A stretch of 64,000 nucleotides of DNA, from the NCBI GenBank assembly GCA_964016885.1, contig OZ024751.1, positions 28,458,001-28,522,000 on the forward strand. Direction: 5' to 3'. This document shows, piece after piece, positions 15,056 through 39,257 of the stretch. Position 1 is the first letter of the stretch; each line of letters starts with the position of its first letter. Both the position numbers and the translations under genes were made by a program. The stretch is from Eledone cirrhosa. Its lineage: Eukaryota. The notes beneath the pieces were generated by a model, which was not told the DNA's origin, made no database searches, and saw only the letters and a program-made list of their open reading frames with translations.

Positions 15056-15450
15056 TTAGGTATATATGTACGTAGGTATATAAGTATATAAATGTGTAGG
15101 TATATAGGTATATAGGTATATAAGTATATAAATATGTAGGTATATAGGTATATAGGTATATAAGTATATAAATATGTAGGTATATAAGTATATAGGTATA
15201 TAAGTATATAAATATGTAGGTATATAGGTATATAGGTATATAAGTATATAAATATGTAGGTATATAAGTATATAGGTATATAAGTATATAAATAAGTAGG
15301 TATATAGGTATATAGGTATATAAGTATATAAATATGTAGGTATATAGGTATATAGGTATATAAGTATATAAATATGTAGGTATATAAGTATATAGGTATA
15401 TAAGTATATAAATATGTAGGTATATAGGTATATAGGTATGTAAATAAGTA
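15056..15450. repeat. 40-bp period minisatellite built from 8-nt (G/A)GTATATA subunits
   Basis: AATATGTAGG or a variant recurs at 15091, 15131, 15171 ... 15411. Confidence 0.9.
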
Positions 15451-15574
15451 GGTAGGTAATTAGGTAGGAAGCTGGTTGTTTGATAACTGAGAGCCACAAT
15501 TAGGCCAAATCTTTTTCTTCTAGAATAATTCCATTCACATCTAAGACACATTCATAAGAACATTAAATCAATTA

Positions 15575-15722
15575 TAAGTACTTGAAGGGTACTTTGCTTT
15601 TAATCGGACTCCGAAAAATTGACAAACATATTTAACCTCGTCAGGAATTTTAACTCAGAGCGTAAAATCCCATAGCTGAAATAGAGCTAAGCAGCTTGTC
15701 CGACACTCTAACGATTCGGCTA
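15575..15722 (-). mobile_element. Main SINE, degenerate
   Basis: GGTACTTTG...AACCTCGTCAGGAATTTTAACTCAGAGCGTAAA...TCCGACACTCTAACGATTC. Confidence 0.55.
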
Positions 15723-16047
15723 TTCAAATGTACCGTATATCGTTCAGAAACCGTATAGAGGTTTGCATGTTAAGCTACCACTGACGCTGCACGGGGTCCT
15801 TTTGCAAATACCACTTTCCTTTAATGATCCAAATCTATCTACGTGTTTTTTTTTTAACTAAGAGCCACCCTCCTTCATTCTCGCCCTGGAGAGATGACAA
15901 AAACAAAAACAAAAAAACAAAAACAAACAAAACAAAAACAAACAAACAAACAAAACAAATTCGATATTGACGTGAATTAAAAATCGAAACTTGAAAATAC
16001 GAAGTCAAATATATACACTATAGTATTTATATAATTCACTGCAACGC

Positions 16048-16114
<67 letters not shown>

Positions 16115-16115
<1 letters not shown>

Positions 16116-16348
16116 GTCGTCTCGATTGTCATAGGCGCACTAGGTACTATCTCAAAGAGTTTCCAAGGATGGTTAAAGAAGATTAGTCCAGCCCCGCTTT
16201 TTGGAACACTTCAAAAGGCATGCTTGCTGAGAACAGCAAGAACCCTCCGATACGTCCTGAATATCTGAGGCTGCAGGTAGCGGCTTGATATTCATTTCAA
16301 CAAACTTTCCAGTTAAATAACATCAATGACTGAGACTCAAAGAACAAC

Positions 16349-16350
<2 letters not shown>
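16115..16350 (+). mobile_element. Second 5'-truncated Dong/R4 copy
   Basis: VVSIVIGALGTISKSFQGWLKKISPAPLFGTLQKACLLRTARTLRYVLNI* plus a 3' UTR homologous to the 45.5 kb copy, embedded in (TAA)n. Confidence 0.88.
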
Positions 16351-16409
<59 letters not shown>

Positions 16410-17049
16410 GTGCGCACGATGTTTATGGTGACGATGATGTTTATGATGAGTTATACTACATTGGCACAAGGAGCTAAAAATCAATCCCTACGGCATGGCT
16501 GATTCCTATTTTATCATCAAGCCTATAGAAGAATGGACATTGAAATTGACCACAGTGAGATTTCAACTCACAGATATAGCAAACCTTCTTATGTGGGCAT
16601 CAGAGTAGCTTACAGGTCGCTCGCTTCTCTGGCTGCTTGTTTTGAATCTAAGAGAAAGTATGCTACGAAACCGGTAAGAGAAATATACTTTTTATAGTCA
16701 TGCGTTGCTGTTAGCATTGAGAGAGAACTTTTCTTTTGTCTAAGGCCTCTGGCCATACATAAATACATTTATATACACGCCTGAATATGCATACATGTAT
16801 ACATATATATACACACACAAAAGTATGCATGCATACACATACACACACACACATAAAATCTTCGTCATTTTGAACGCCTGAAGATTGTAAAGACCATATG
16901 TGTTTGATCTATGTGAGAGTTTAAAGTATGAGCTTAACATAAAAGTTAAGTAACAAATGTATTTGTTAAGTACTGTATAAAGATCACATATTTACACACT
17001 TACACACACACACACACAAACATATATATATATTTACATCCATGTACAT

Positions 17050-17110
<61 letters not shown>

Positions 17111-17141
17111 GTATATGTATATATACATATATACTCACAGG

Positions 17142-17174
<33 letters not shown>

Positions 17175-17202
17175 GTATATGTATATATACATATATACTC
17201 AC

Positions 17203-17236
<34 letters not shown>

Positions 17237-17299
17237 GTCACTAACAGCAAAAAGACAACTTAACAGGTCAGTTGTTTAATATTGTTAATACTACTACTA

Positions 17300-26778
<9,479 letters not shown>

Positions 26779-27068
26779 TCAGCTTTTAGTGCATGTCGTG
26801 CCACTTTCTCTTTGACTATTGCCGTTATCATCTCGCCATTTGTCCACAGAACGTCGTCGCGCATTCATGAAGAAATTTGCCACAGTGCTGACTTCTAGAC
26901 CCAGCTGCTGTGCTATGGTCGCTTGCATTTCTTTTGACGGACGTTTAGTTTCTTTGAAAATTGCATGTAGAGTACGTCTTTGAATATCGGTGAATACCAG
27001 TCGTGGTTTCTTGGGTGGCCTATTCTCTTCTGGGGGATTTTGTTGGTCTTGCTCTTTCCGTTTGCATG
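26779..27068 (-). CDS. onecut: Terminal coding exon of a ONECUT (HNF6-class) CUT-homeobox transcription factor: linker, homeodomain and C-terminus
   Basis: Manual translation (phase 1, first full codon at 27066): (A)[119 protein letters not shown] and [10 protein letters not shown] (F48, M50) are diagnostic for ONECUT. Acceptor TAG at 27071-27069 follows a long polypyrimidine tract (about 27090-27135). Stop TGA at 26781-26779. Confidence 0.97.
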
Positions 27069-27457
27069 CTAGATATCGCCGAAGGTTGAGATGAAGAAGA
27101 AGAAGAAAAAAAAAGAGAAAGAAAATGAAAATTAGAAATTTGTCGTCTTGGGTTTAATCAATTATTTTTTAAATTTATAATTAAAAAAAAACAACAATTA
27201 AGGAATACAGTGATAACAACAACTAATCAAAGAAAGATTAATTAACAGAAAAATGCAAAACCTATTAAAACACATTATAACTCGGTCTCTTTATATATAT
27301 ATATATTCTTTATCAATTTCAAATATGCTTTTTACAACATGGAGAATATATATAGATGTATATTATGTATACATATATATATAGATGGATGCATGTGTGT
27401 GTATGTGTGTGTGTGTATACATATACACATATATGCATACATACATATATATATATG

Positions 27458-27558
<101 letters not shown>

Positions 27559-27580
27559 ATATATATATACATACATATAC

Positions 27581-27633
<53 letters not shown>

Positions 27634-27653
27634 GATATATATGCATATATATA

Positions 27654-27737
<84 letters not shown>

Positions 27738-28180
27738 TATAGCAGCCGAGTAAAAAACGTACTCAATACATATGGTAATGATTGTTTGTTCATGTGAAGC
27801 TGATAATCCTCAACGTCCCTATGACCAGGTATTGAAACTAAAGACAATATGCACCACCAGCTACGAACGAAAGAGTGTGTAGGTGTGTTCGTGTGCTTTC
27901 ACCTTTTAATTTGCATGTGTTCAATATTGCATTGGAAAAAGTGTTTTGGTGGTTGTTTTTCTGTTTTTTTTCTGTTTTTCTCTTTAAAATTGTTATTGTT
28001 GTTGTTAATTTTTGTTGTTGATATTGTTTGTTTGTTTTTCAGCTAAAGAGAAATCTCCTGGAAAAATAAAATATAAGAAATATGACGATGATGATGATGA
28101 TTGTGATGAAGAAGATTATAGTGGTGGTGATGATGATGTTGTACAAAATATTTACAATAATTAAAATAATATCAATAGTT

Positions 28181-28223
<43 letters not shown>

Positions 28224-28229
28224 TGATGA

Positions 28230-28325
28230 TTTCTTACATAGGCACAGGGTCAAACATTTTAAGGGAGGGGTAAGTCGATTAAATTGACCCAAATACATGA
28301 CTGGCACTTTATTTCATCGACCCCA
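28230..28325 (-). mobile_element. Main SINE 3' half
   Basis: TAGGCACAGGG...GTCGATTAAATTGACCC...ACTGGCACTTTATTTCATCGACCCC. Confidence 0.7.
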
Positions 28326-28579
28326 ACAATAGGTAATTGCATAACAAATCATGTTCTAGATAGTTTTTTGTTTCATTTCTAAAGAAATATTGTTGTTTTT
28401 TATAGCTAAATAAATGAAATGAAAGTGATGGCTCTGGAGAGAGCACTCTCGTGTAATAAGGTGATAGAATCTTTGTCAGCGCGGTACCGATGCTCAAAAG
28501 ACATTTTTGAAAGGTTTATGATACAAAACTATATATACACATACACACACATATATATAAATATATGTGTGTGTGTGTG

Positions 28580-28634
<55 letters not shown>

Positions 28635-28693
28635 CACTAGCTGTGGTGTCATTTAGGTACAGATGCTTCTACGGCTGCATGTATATGTATACG

Positions 28694-28777
<84 letters not shown>

Positions 28778-28864
28778 GTTGCTTGAATCCCTATCACAAC
28801 AAGAAATGTGGAAAGTTAGTGAATTCGATACGATACTCCATCACAATATTCTTTCTGCAGACTT

Positions 28865-28896
<32 letters not shown>

Positions 28897-28929
28897 CATA
28901 TATATATACATATATATACATATATATGC

Positions 28930-28979
<50 letters not shown>

Positions 28980-29545
28980 CGTCAATGTAACAGTGTAGCA
29001 GAGTTGCTGGGGAAAATTTTGTCTGGAAGACCTAAATGAAGCATGGCAGTTATTTATACCATTTTATACCATCAAATATCGTTCTATGTTTATTCACAAT
29101 CAGTTCCAAATGTTCTTGGGAGAAACCGGAGACATTGGCAAGATGGAATGAAAACAAAGGTAGACGTTGGTTCTTAATTCAAAAAGAATTAAATGCAAAA
29201 CGAAAAATGCAAAGTGTCGTAAAAGACCCCGACTCAAATGACTGACAATGTTTTTGAAAGAAGAAAAAGAAAAATAATAATAATACATAGCTACATAAAA
29301 TCAGAGTTAATGTTTACTAGTACAGACAGACACAGATTTCTTATGATATATATATATTTTTTTTGTTTTAACGCGATTTTTGTTCGTTTGTGTGTTTGTT
29401 TGTTTGTTTGTTTATTTGTTTGTGTATCTTTGAATTATATTGAAATAATGCTGTGAGCGATGGATGCTTTTATATAAAACAAAAATGGTTAAATCCTGAA
29501 AATGAAAACGTATAGCTTTGACGAATAATAGTAGCAATAATAATA

Positions 29546-29595
<50 letters not shown>

Positions 29596-29797
29596 TTAGT
29601 GACATCACGCCAGATCACAACACCATCACCACTGATTTAAAATGAAGTCTTTGTTAATTTGGTTGTTAAGAGGAGTTGTATATGTGTGTGCCTGCGCATA
29701 TGCATGACATATATATATATATATATATATAACACGCACACACACATACAGATATATACATATATATATATATATGAATATATATACACCCACACAA

Positions 29798-29888
<91 letters not shown>

Positions 29889-30578
29889 CTATTTATACGA
29901 CATAGGCCTTCTGCATACAGACATACATAATACAGTATATACATATAACAGTACGGTATGTGTACTAGCAGTAATCAACAAGTGTAAAGAAAAATAATAA
30001 TGATGATAAGAATAATAATTATAATTATAATTATAATAAAATATATTTGTATTTTCCAAAAAAAAAAAAAAAATAGAGAACAAGGATAGAAAATTCACAA
30101 GGAATAAAACGAAGAAGAAAGACGAATAGAAAAATCCAGAACAATGGGGATAGGTGCTTTTAACAGATATATGACAATTGGTTTGGGAGGGTTTCAAAAA
30201 TATTTTTCCACAAAAAAAAATAATGATAATAATAATAATAACAGGAGGGAAATGTTTGATCATGCACGAGTTATCTGGTCATAATCACAGACTGTTCTCA
30301 AGCATGCAGATTGCAGAATTTTTTTCAAAAATATATATATAACGGTTACATGCTTGATAATATATAAATATATATATAGATATATATATATAGATATATA
30401 GATATATATAATATAAAGTTTCATTCACAAAAAATTACAATCAGAACAGACAGCAGAGGACAAAATGTAAATCTGTAATAATAATATATATAATATATAT
30501 ACTGAGGGAATTAATACGAAAGTTGAAATTCCATTTTGTTGTTGTTGTTTTTGTCCTTCTTTGGACTTCTTCCTCGTT

Positions 30579-30613
<35 letters not shown>

Positions 30614-30987
30614 ATTCTTTTTTTGGCGGGTTCAACGATTTTAAGGATTTCTCTCGCGGTCCCTTACAAACTATGTAGTAGTGTGTATCTCTTGTGGTTT
30701 ATTGTTAACGGTAATTGTTCGGCTTCACTGGAATTGTGGCATTATAGAATTATGGAATTATAGAATTATGGAATTATGGTATTATTAAACTGATTCTGTT
30801 TTTGCCATGGACGAAATAAAACGAACGAAATATAGTGAGATAGAGGGAATATTTAAGTAAGATACAGAAAGGGAGAGAAAGAGACAGAAATCAGAGAAAG
30901 AATGATAGAGTAATGCGTTGAATATCAGTGAGAGAGAAAATGTATGAGTGACTGTGTGTATGTGAAGGACAGAGTTCGTGAGAGAGT

Positions 30988-31076
<89 letters not shown>

Positions 31077-31371
31077 AACGTTTTCTGTAATAAGTTAAAT
31101 TTACACTGTTACTAAATTTATGTTTTAACTTTGACTAAAACGGAAAACTGGAATGGATACAACCGAATACACTTTATGTATGAACGAAGAGCAAAATTTA
31201 AGATTTTAATTAAAAAAAATAACAATGTGAACAAGGATATGATTTGATGGAAGCTAACATTCATGTGGAATGATGAATTTCTTTTTTGAAAGGGTGTGGG
31301 ACGATTCTATTATATTGTTATAAAGATGGATTGAAATTAAAGCTGGTAAGAGATTTTATATAATTGAACAA

Positions 31372-31460
31372 TAATTGTTTCTACTTTTAGCACAAGGCCA
31401 GCAATTATTCCAGTTTATTACTGGTACTTTATTTTATCGACCCCGTAAGGATGAAAGGCT
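31372..31460 (-). mobile_element. Main SINE 3' half
   Basis: ACTGGTACTTTATTTTATCGACCCCGTAAGGATGAAAGGC. Confidence 0.8.
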
Positions 31461-31559
31461 AACATGATAAACATCAATATGTTTATGTTGTTGTTTTATT
31501 TTAATTTATGTGAGAAATTATAAGGAAAATATGATTTAGTGAAATAAACACACACATGC

Positions 31560-31699
<140 letters not shown>

Positions 31700-31706
31700 A
31701 GATATG

Positions 31707-31756
<50 letters not shown>

Positions 31757-31812
31757 TATACATATACGTATATATACATGCATATATGTGTGTGTGTTTG
31801 TGTGTATGTATG

Positions 31813-31877
<65 letters not shown>

Positions 31878-31878
31878 G

Positions 31879-31977
<99 letters not shown>

Positions 31978-32589
31978 ATACATATATATATATACATACT
32001 GAAATATATCACTGCAGCCATAATCTCTAAAACCTTTTTACCATTATTATTCTTATTAGCTTCAGTTTTAATACCTGCCCTTATTTACATGTATTAATTG
32101 AAAATATATATTATCTATGAAAGAAATTTCAAAGCTTCTATACAGTACGCGCTGTTTAGAAAGTCTATACGGAACACACCAGATAAAACGTCACCATGCC
32201 TTCGTCATTGAAGACAGAGAGCGAAACAGAGATACAGGGAGGGGGGAGAGGGAGAAATGAAGTGAGAGTGGTGATCAATAAAAATCGATTATATATCTAT
32301 TTCCTGTATTTTATAACATTTCCGATACAACAGAAAAGCTAAAAAGAAAGAAATATGAAAACCAGCTAAACCAACGAGCGAGGCTCATTCAGCAACATTT
32401 GTCAACATAATCCCGTTTTTATTTTTTCATTTTTGCATTAAGTTAATATCAAAATTCCTTCTCATAAGCAGAAATCGTGATTAGAGACCCTACCTGCGGT
32501 AATTGTGTGACAGCTCGCACCTATGCAGGTTTAGCTGGCTTCCTCCAAGGTATATCTCGTTGGAGGTGTCTTGGGTAATTTAATGATAG

Positions 32590-32752
32590 GGACCCCAGTT
32601 GTATCATCTCATTTCTACAGCTGAGTAAACTGGAGCAACGTGAAATAAAGTGTCTTGCTCAAGGAAACAACACATCACCCGGTCCGAGAATTGAACTCAC
32701 AATCTTTCGATTGCAAGCCCAATGCTCTAACCACTAAGCCATGCGCCTTCAC
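32590..32752 (-). mobile_element. CORE-type tRNA SINE
   Basis: Minus strand CCTTGAGCAAGACACTTTATTTCACGTTGCTCCAGTTTACTCAGCTGTAGAAATG resembles the MIR/CORE domain, downstream of a tRNA-like head with A and B boxes. Confidence 0.75.
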
Positions 32753-32805
32753 TGCCGTAATTACTGCTTAATTTATGACAGACACATTATTATTAACTGT
32801 TATGT

Positions 32806-33092
32806 AGGGCGGTAGATTGGCAGACTCATTAGAGCAACAGTATTTATTTGGTTTCATCCCTTTACGTTTCTGAGTTTAAATCCCACCGAGGTTTAAATTG
32901 CCTTTCATCCTTCCGAGGTCGAGAATACCATCAGGCAAAGTTGAGTACGTCAAACCCAGTACTTGACTGGCACTTTGTTTTATCGGCCCCGGAAGATAAA
33001 AAATAAAGTTGATCCTCGGTGCGATTTGAAATCAGAATATAAAGAGTCAGATCAAAGACCAATGCTCTACCGATTCTACCAATCCACCATCC
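32806..33092. mobile_element. Inverted pair of main SINE copies (32806-32925 plus, 32950-33092 minus)
   Basis: The tRNA-like head and core appear on both strands. Confidence 0.7.
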
Positions 33093-34078
33093 TTTGATTT
33101 AAACATAAACCCTAATCTCAGGGTACTGACTTTGTACGTATTTTAAGAATAAGATAGAAGTAAGCTTCCGAGAGGCCGAGTCCAAGAACACGGTTTCGAT
33201 TCTCGGTGTTAGTCATTTTGATTTTTTTGTTTGATTTTTGTCATATTAGTCCAAGAAAGAGAGAATGAGAGAGGGGGGGGTGAAGAAAGAATGAGAGAGA
33301 GTGAGATGAGGACAGAGAGAAAGTGGATGCATTTTAGCGTATGTAGGATCTCCTAGAGGTGGTGGTCAGTTAGGACGTCCACGACTCAATGTCTAGAGAA
33401 TAGGGAAAGTATAGTGCAACGAGGAGATTGTGAAGATGGGATGGATAGATGTGAGGTGCTACTGATAAGTGGGACGTTTTAAAGGGCAGTTGTGACAGTT
33501 GTGAATGTGGTGACATCGGAGGTAGTGATGGTGATGGTGATGTCAGTTACGCTAGACAGGATGGTCTCTATGGTAAATTATTAGTACAATGGTGATAGGG
33601 ATGTCAGTGATAGCGATTGTCTCAATGATGATGATGGTGTTGATGATAGTCGTGGGGGCGGCGGTCATTACAGCGATGATGGTATGCTTTACTGAAGTAA
33701 TTGATGAGTGTAATGGCGATTATTGCTGCGACGGTGAAGGTGTGAGCAGTATATGGGATTATGGTGGTTAGCGTTGTAGTGGTAGTGGTGTGGCTAATAA
33801 TGGCGTTACTGTTGGTTGTGGTGGTGGTGGTGATGGCGGTGTGGGCGGTAGAGGATAACAGCTGGAGTGAACGATGGTAGTCGTGAGAGAGAAGGAAAAA
33901 GAGATAAAATGATATGAGGGGAACAAAGGAGAGAAGTTTAAAGTGAAAGACATATCGTGCAGAAGGGGAGAGAAAGAGAGAGGAATGTGGGGCGGAGGGA
34001 GAGTGGAGATGGGGGAAAGGGGAAAAGAAACGAAAATGAAGTGAAACTGCGTTTATGTACAAATATCATACACACACA

Positions 34079-34144
<66 letters not shown>

Positions 34145-34516
34145 TGTCTTTACGTAAGTAAAGACGTGTGTATGCATATATTTACAAATGTTTGTCTATA
34201 TATGTACGTATGAATGTATGTATGTGTATGATAGTCTATTCATTTGATAGCAAGCACATGGGTATGTATTTATCTGTGCGAAAGGGGTTCCTTTATGCGT
34301 ATGCACGGATTTGTGTATGTGTGTGTGTGAGTGTGTGTGGAGATAGATTTTGGGGGGCGGGGCGTTGCGGTGTAGCGAAGGCCACAGCTTGTCGACAGTT
34401 GAAACTTTAAGACGTTTCAACATTGTCGCGATGTGTCAAGGAGAATAAGCGAGAGGAGGGGGAGAGGGAACTAAAATATCTAAAAATAAAAAACAGCATC
34501 CCCATTTCAACGCGCT

Positions 34517-34589
<73 letters not shown>

Positions 34590-34618
34590 TATATATATAT
34601 ACACATATATATACATAC

Positions 34619-34650
<32 letters not shown>

Positions 34651-34651
34651 A

Positions 34652-34701
<50 letters not shown>

Positions 34702-34730
34702 TATATATATATACACATATATATACATAC

Positions 34731-34762
<32 letters not shown>

Positions 34763-34763
34763 A

Positions 34764-34826
<63 letters not shown>

Positions 34827-34956
34827 CACATCTCCTCATCTGAAAGCTTCAATTCAATAACTTTCTTACTGAAGTGGCACTATTTGCAATTCCTTCTCAC
34901 AAAAAGTTAGGGAACTTTCACATCTGCTGCAGTGATACACACACTTGCACACTTAC

Positions 34957-34990
<34 letters not shown>

Positions 34991-35003
34991 ACACGCACGC
35001 ACA

Positions 35004-35084
<81 letters not shown>

Positions 35085-35162
35085 CAGAATCATACACATA
35101 CGCTAATAGTTCAACCAGCTACACATACATTCACATGAGTTGGTATATATATATATATACAT

Positions 35163-35223
<61 letters not shown>

Positions 35224-35239
35224 CATACATACTTATATA

Positions 35240-35311
<72 letters not shown>

Positions 35312-35323
35312 CATACTTATATA

Positions 35324-35366
<43 letters not shown>

Positions 35367-35414
35367 CTGAAACGATTGGTACACTTGCACTCCCTTTCAG
35401 AAGCAGGTATTCAC

Positions 35415-35477
<63 letters not shown>

Positions 35478-36465
35478 TGTTCGCCTCGCACACTAAACAC
35501 AGCCCCATGGGGAAAAATGGATTCTGCAAGATTTCTACAAGGTTTATTATTGTGTGGTGGTCAACGCTTGATGAAAAATATTAAGCAGCAAAGACTAACC
35601 AAAAGTCTAAGAATGGTCGAACAGAACAGCTGTGTCTTAGACAAGAGGAAGGAATCAAGTTGAAGAAAGGAAGGAACCTTAAGGGGTGGGAAGGAATCAG
35701 ATTTGAATTGAATAACCACTGTGATGAATTTCTTACAGCGAATAACGGGACGGGACGAGACGGGAATGTGTCGGGGGATCAGATTTTCTTCTTTCTCTTT
35801 TTCCTTCTCTCTCTTACTCATGTTTTTTTTTTTTTTTATTATTTTTTTTATTTATTGTCTTTCTTTTCCTTCGTAAAGATTTGAAGCACCTCGAAGATTT
35901 ATTGGTTGCTGAGCCGTTTTATATTGTTAACTACTTCTCACAATTGATTAAATTCTCACCACCGGGTTTTTCGGCTGCTTCGTAAAGAAATCAACAGAAG
36001 AAAAGCCAGGCACGCTGCCTGGACGTTTTAACGGCATCAACCCTCTCTCAGCATGTGACGCCATTTCAATTATTTGTTTCGATGGCAGCGTAGTGCTCCG
36101 CTGTCATTGATGGGAAGGAAAAGAGAGAGAGAGATAGACAGAGAGAGAGAGAGAGAGAGAGAGGGGTGGTGGTTTTTAATTTAATCGTTGTGTATCTGTG
36201 GTTGGTATGGGTGAGTTCTGGGTGGAAATGGGAACTGCCATATTGTAAATAACACATAGAAAGCCTCCTGCTCTCTTCCCCTCATCCTATCAATTCCACA
36301 AATCCTCTAAGCATACATGAATTGTATTTTATTCTATTCTAGAGTTTCGAAATGGAGAAATGCCTCATTGCAAATCTGCCAACAAAAGCCAACGTTATTT
36401 TCGCTCTCAGCATGAACGAAACACTTGTGATTATACACAAAAACACACTCATATATATATATATA

Positions 36466-36541
<76 letters not shown>

Positions 36542-37208
36542 TATATGAATTTATATATTTATACGAGTATATATATATACCTATATACGTAGAAATATAT
36601 ATATATTTATATTCCCACACACACACACACACTCACATATATGTATATATATAGATAGAGATATAGATATATACACATTTATATATATGTATGCATGTAT
36701 GTATATATGTTGTAAGTGTATGTGTAAATAGGCCTACATTAATCAAAGAATTACGCAGTCTACCACAACTACCACCAACACCACCACCAACAACCACCAC
36801 AAAGCTACAGAAAACACCAATAACACCAATACCAACATCGATAGTACCATCTGTACGAGCCCATTACATGTTAGTGATCTCAAGATGACGAAGACTACTA
36901 AAAAGTATGAACAACGCTCCACCTTGTCCCGTCCACCACCAACACCACTTACCCCACCCTCCAAAAAAGCGGAAAGAAATGTCCTAACTGTTCCTTATAG
37001 GGTTAAGAGATTATTTTAAGAGGTTCAGATATATTAGAAACTTCAGTGCGAATAAGTTGGGGTGAAAACAACATCTGAAATTCCTCTAATTTATTTTAAC
37101 TTTATATATATATATATATTATGAAAATAAACCAAAGAAGCCTTCAATACTTCAAAAGTCTTTATTAGCCAACAATGTTTAACTCCAACACACTCTAGTA
37201 TTTTAATT

Positions 37209-37272
<64 letters not shown>

Positions 37273-37344
37273 GCACCTCAAACTGCTACTAATATTTATC
37301 AAATCCGCAAAGTGTAAATATGTAAGTATACTCATACACACATT

Positions 37345-37389
<45 letters not shown>

Positions 37390-37421
37390 GTGCATATATG
37401 TATATATTGTTCATATATAAG

Positions 37422-37472
<51 letters not shown>

Positions 37473-37597
37473 ATTTATGTATGTGCGTGTGTTTGTGTGC
37501 GTATGTGTTTGTATGTGTGTCTAAATGTTACGAGAATATTTATTATTTCGCTCGGTCGGGGAGAAAATAAACATCTGTAGTTGCTTATTTATTATAT

Positions 37598-37653
<56 letters not shown>

Positions 37654-37654
37654 T

Positions 37655-37725
<71 letters not shown>

Positions 37726-37735
37726 ATATTTATAT

Positions 37736-37773
<38 letters not shown>

Positions 37774-38506
37774 TTACTTGCTTATTATTTCGAGTTTGAT
37801 TTATTTGTTGGTCTGAGAACAAAGTCAAGGTGAAGGTTACGGTTATAGCTACGACTACAGCTACAGCTACAGCTAAAACCCTGCTATGGTTAAAGCTACG
37901 CTTGGTTATCGTTATGGTATATATATATAGGGAAGAAGTAAAAAAAAAACATTAATAATAATAATAATGATAATAATAATAATAATTGGGGTTGGAAGAG
38001 CGCGATATATAACAGAAGAAACATTAGTTTTTGTCGGAATGGTACATCAAGCAGATTTTCTTTTTAGAAACAATCAAAGCGTGTAAAGTTTGGACTGAGA
38101 CTGACTTCTCGAAAGCACACTTTCCTACCTTTGCCAAAATACATCCAACGGTAAATCTTTTGATGTCAGCATAATATCAATCATCAAAGCTCGCTGAATT
38201 CGATCTCACTCAGACCTGAGAGTCGGAAATTAGTGAATAAATACTCTGTGATTAGTAAAAATAGATTTTTTTTTTGTTTTGTTTTGTTTTTTTTTTGTTT
38301 TTTTTTTTGGTATATTTTTTTAATATATTTTTTTCTTTTTTTTCTTTCTTTCTTTAATGTTTCGTCATTGTTATTATTAATATATATAATATATAATATA
38401 TATGTATATATATATATATATATATGCTTTGGTTATGAGGATATACTTACTATGTGTATATAATGATATATAGAATATAATATATAGGGAACCAACAAAC
38501 CATATA

Positions 38507-38573
<67 letters not shown>

Positions 38574-38584
38574 GTATATATATT

Positions 38585-38634
<50 letters not shown>

Positions 38635-38656
38635 TAACAGATATATATATATACAT

Positions 38657-38689
<33 letters not shown>

Positions 38690-39135
38690 CATACACATAC
38701 ATATATAAATATATACATACATATATGTATATATATATACATATATGTGTGTGTGTGTGTGTAGATAACCTTTTTGTGCGTGTTAATCAAATGTCCCATT
38801 TACTTATAGAGATAAAGGATCCATTATGCTTCCAGGTGGGTGGGTACTACAAGAACAACTTGGGTATGTGAACAAAGAATGAAAAAGCAAAAAAAAAAAA
38901 GAAAAGAAAGAAAATGATAAAAACAGAAAGACTTCCCAGTTATATTATGTTGAGTAGTGAGTATCGAAATTTGAAATAAGAATTATTATAATTATAATTA
39001 TGATAATAGTAATAATAAAATTAGGAACCAGAAAAATGGTAAGCTGAAGAATGACAAATGGTTACAATCGGTCAGATCTCGAAATAGATTTTACGCTATA
39101 TATATATACATACGTATATATATATATATTTTATA

Positions 39136-39212
<77 letters not shown>

Positions 39213-39257
39213 ATATATTTATATATGTGTGTGTGTGTCTATATATATATATATATT

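Noticed and set aside
16605-16680. Hammerhead-like GUAGC...GCUAC-GAAA-CCGG-UA
   Set aside because: No CUGANGA or stem I upstream. At most a dead remnant, so not counted as a ribozyme.
39039-39096. CUGAAGA...GAAA hammerhead-like spacing
   Set aside because: Stem II is not adjacent to GAAA, and there is no valid NUH and stem I register.
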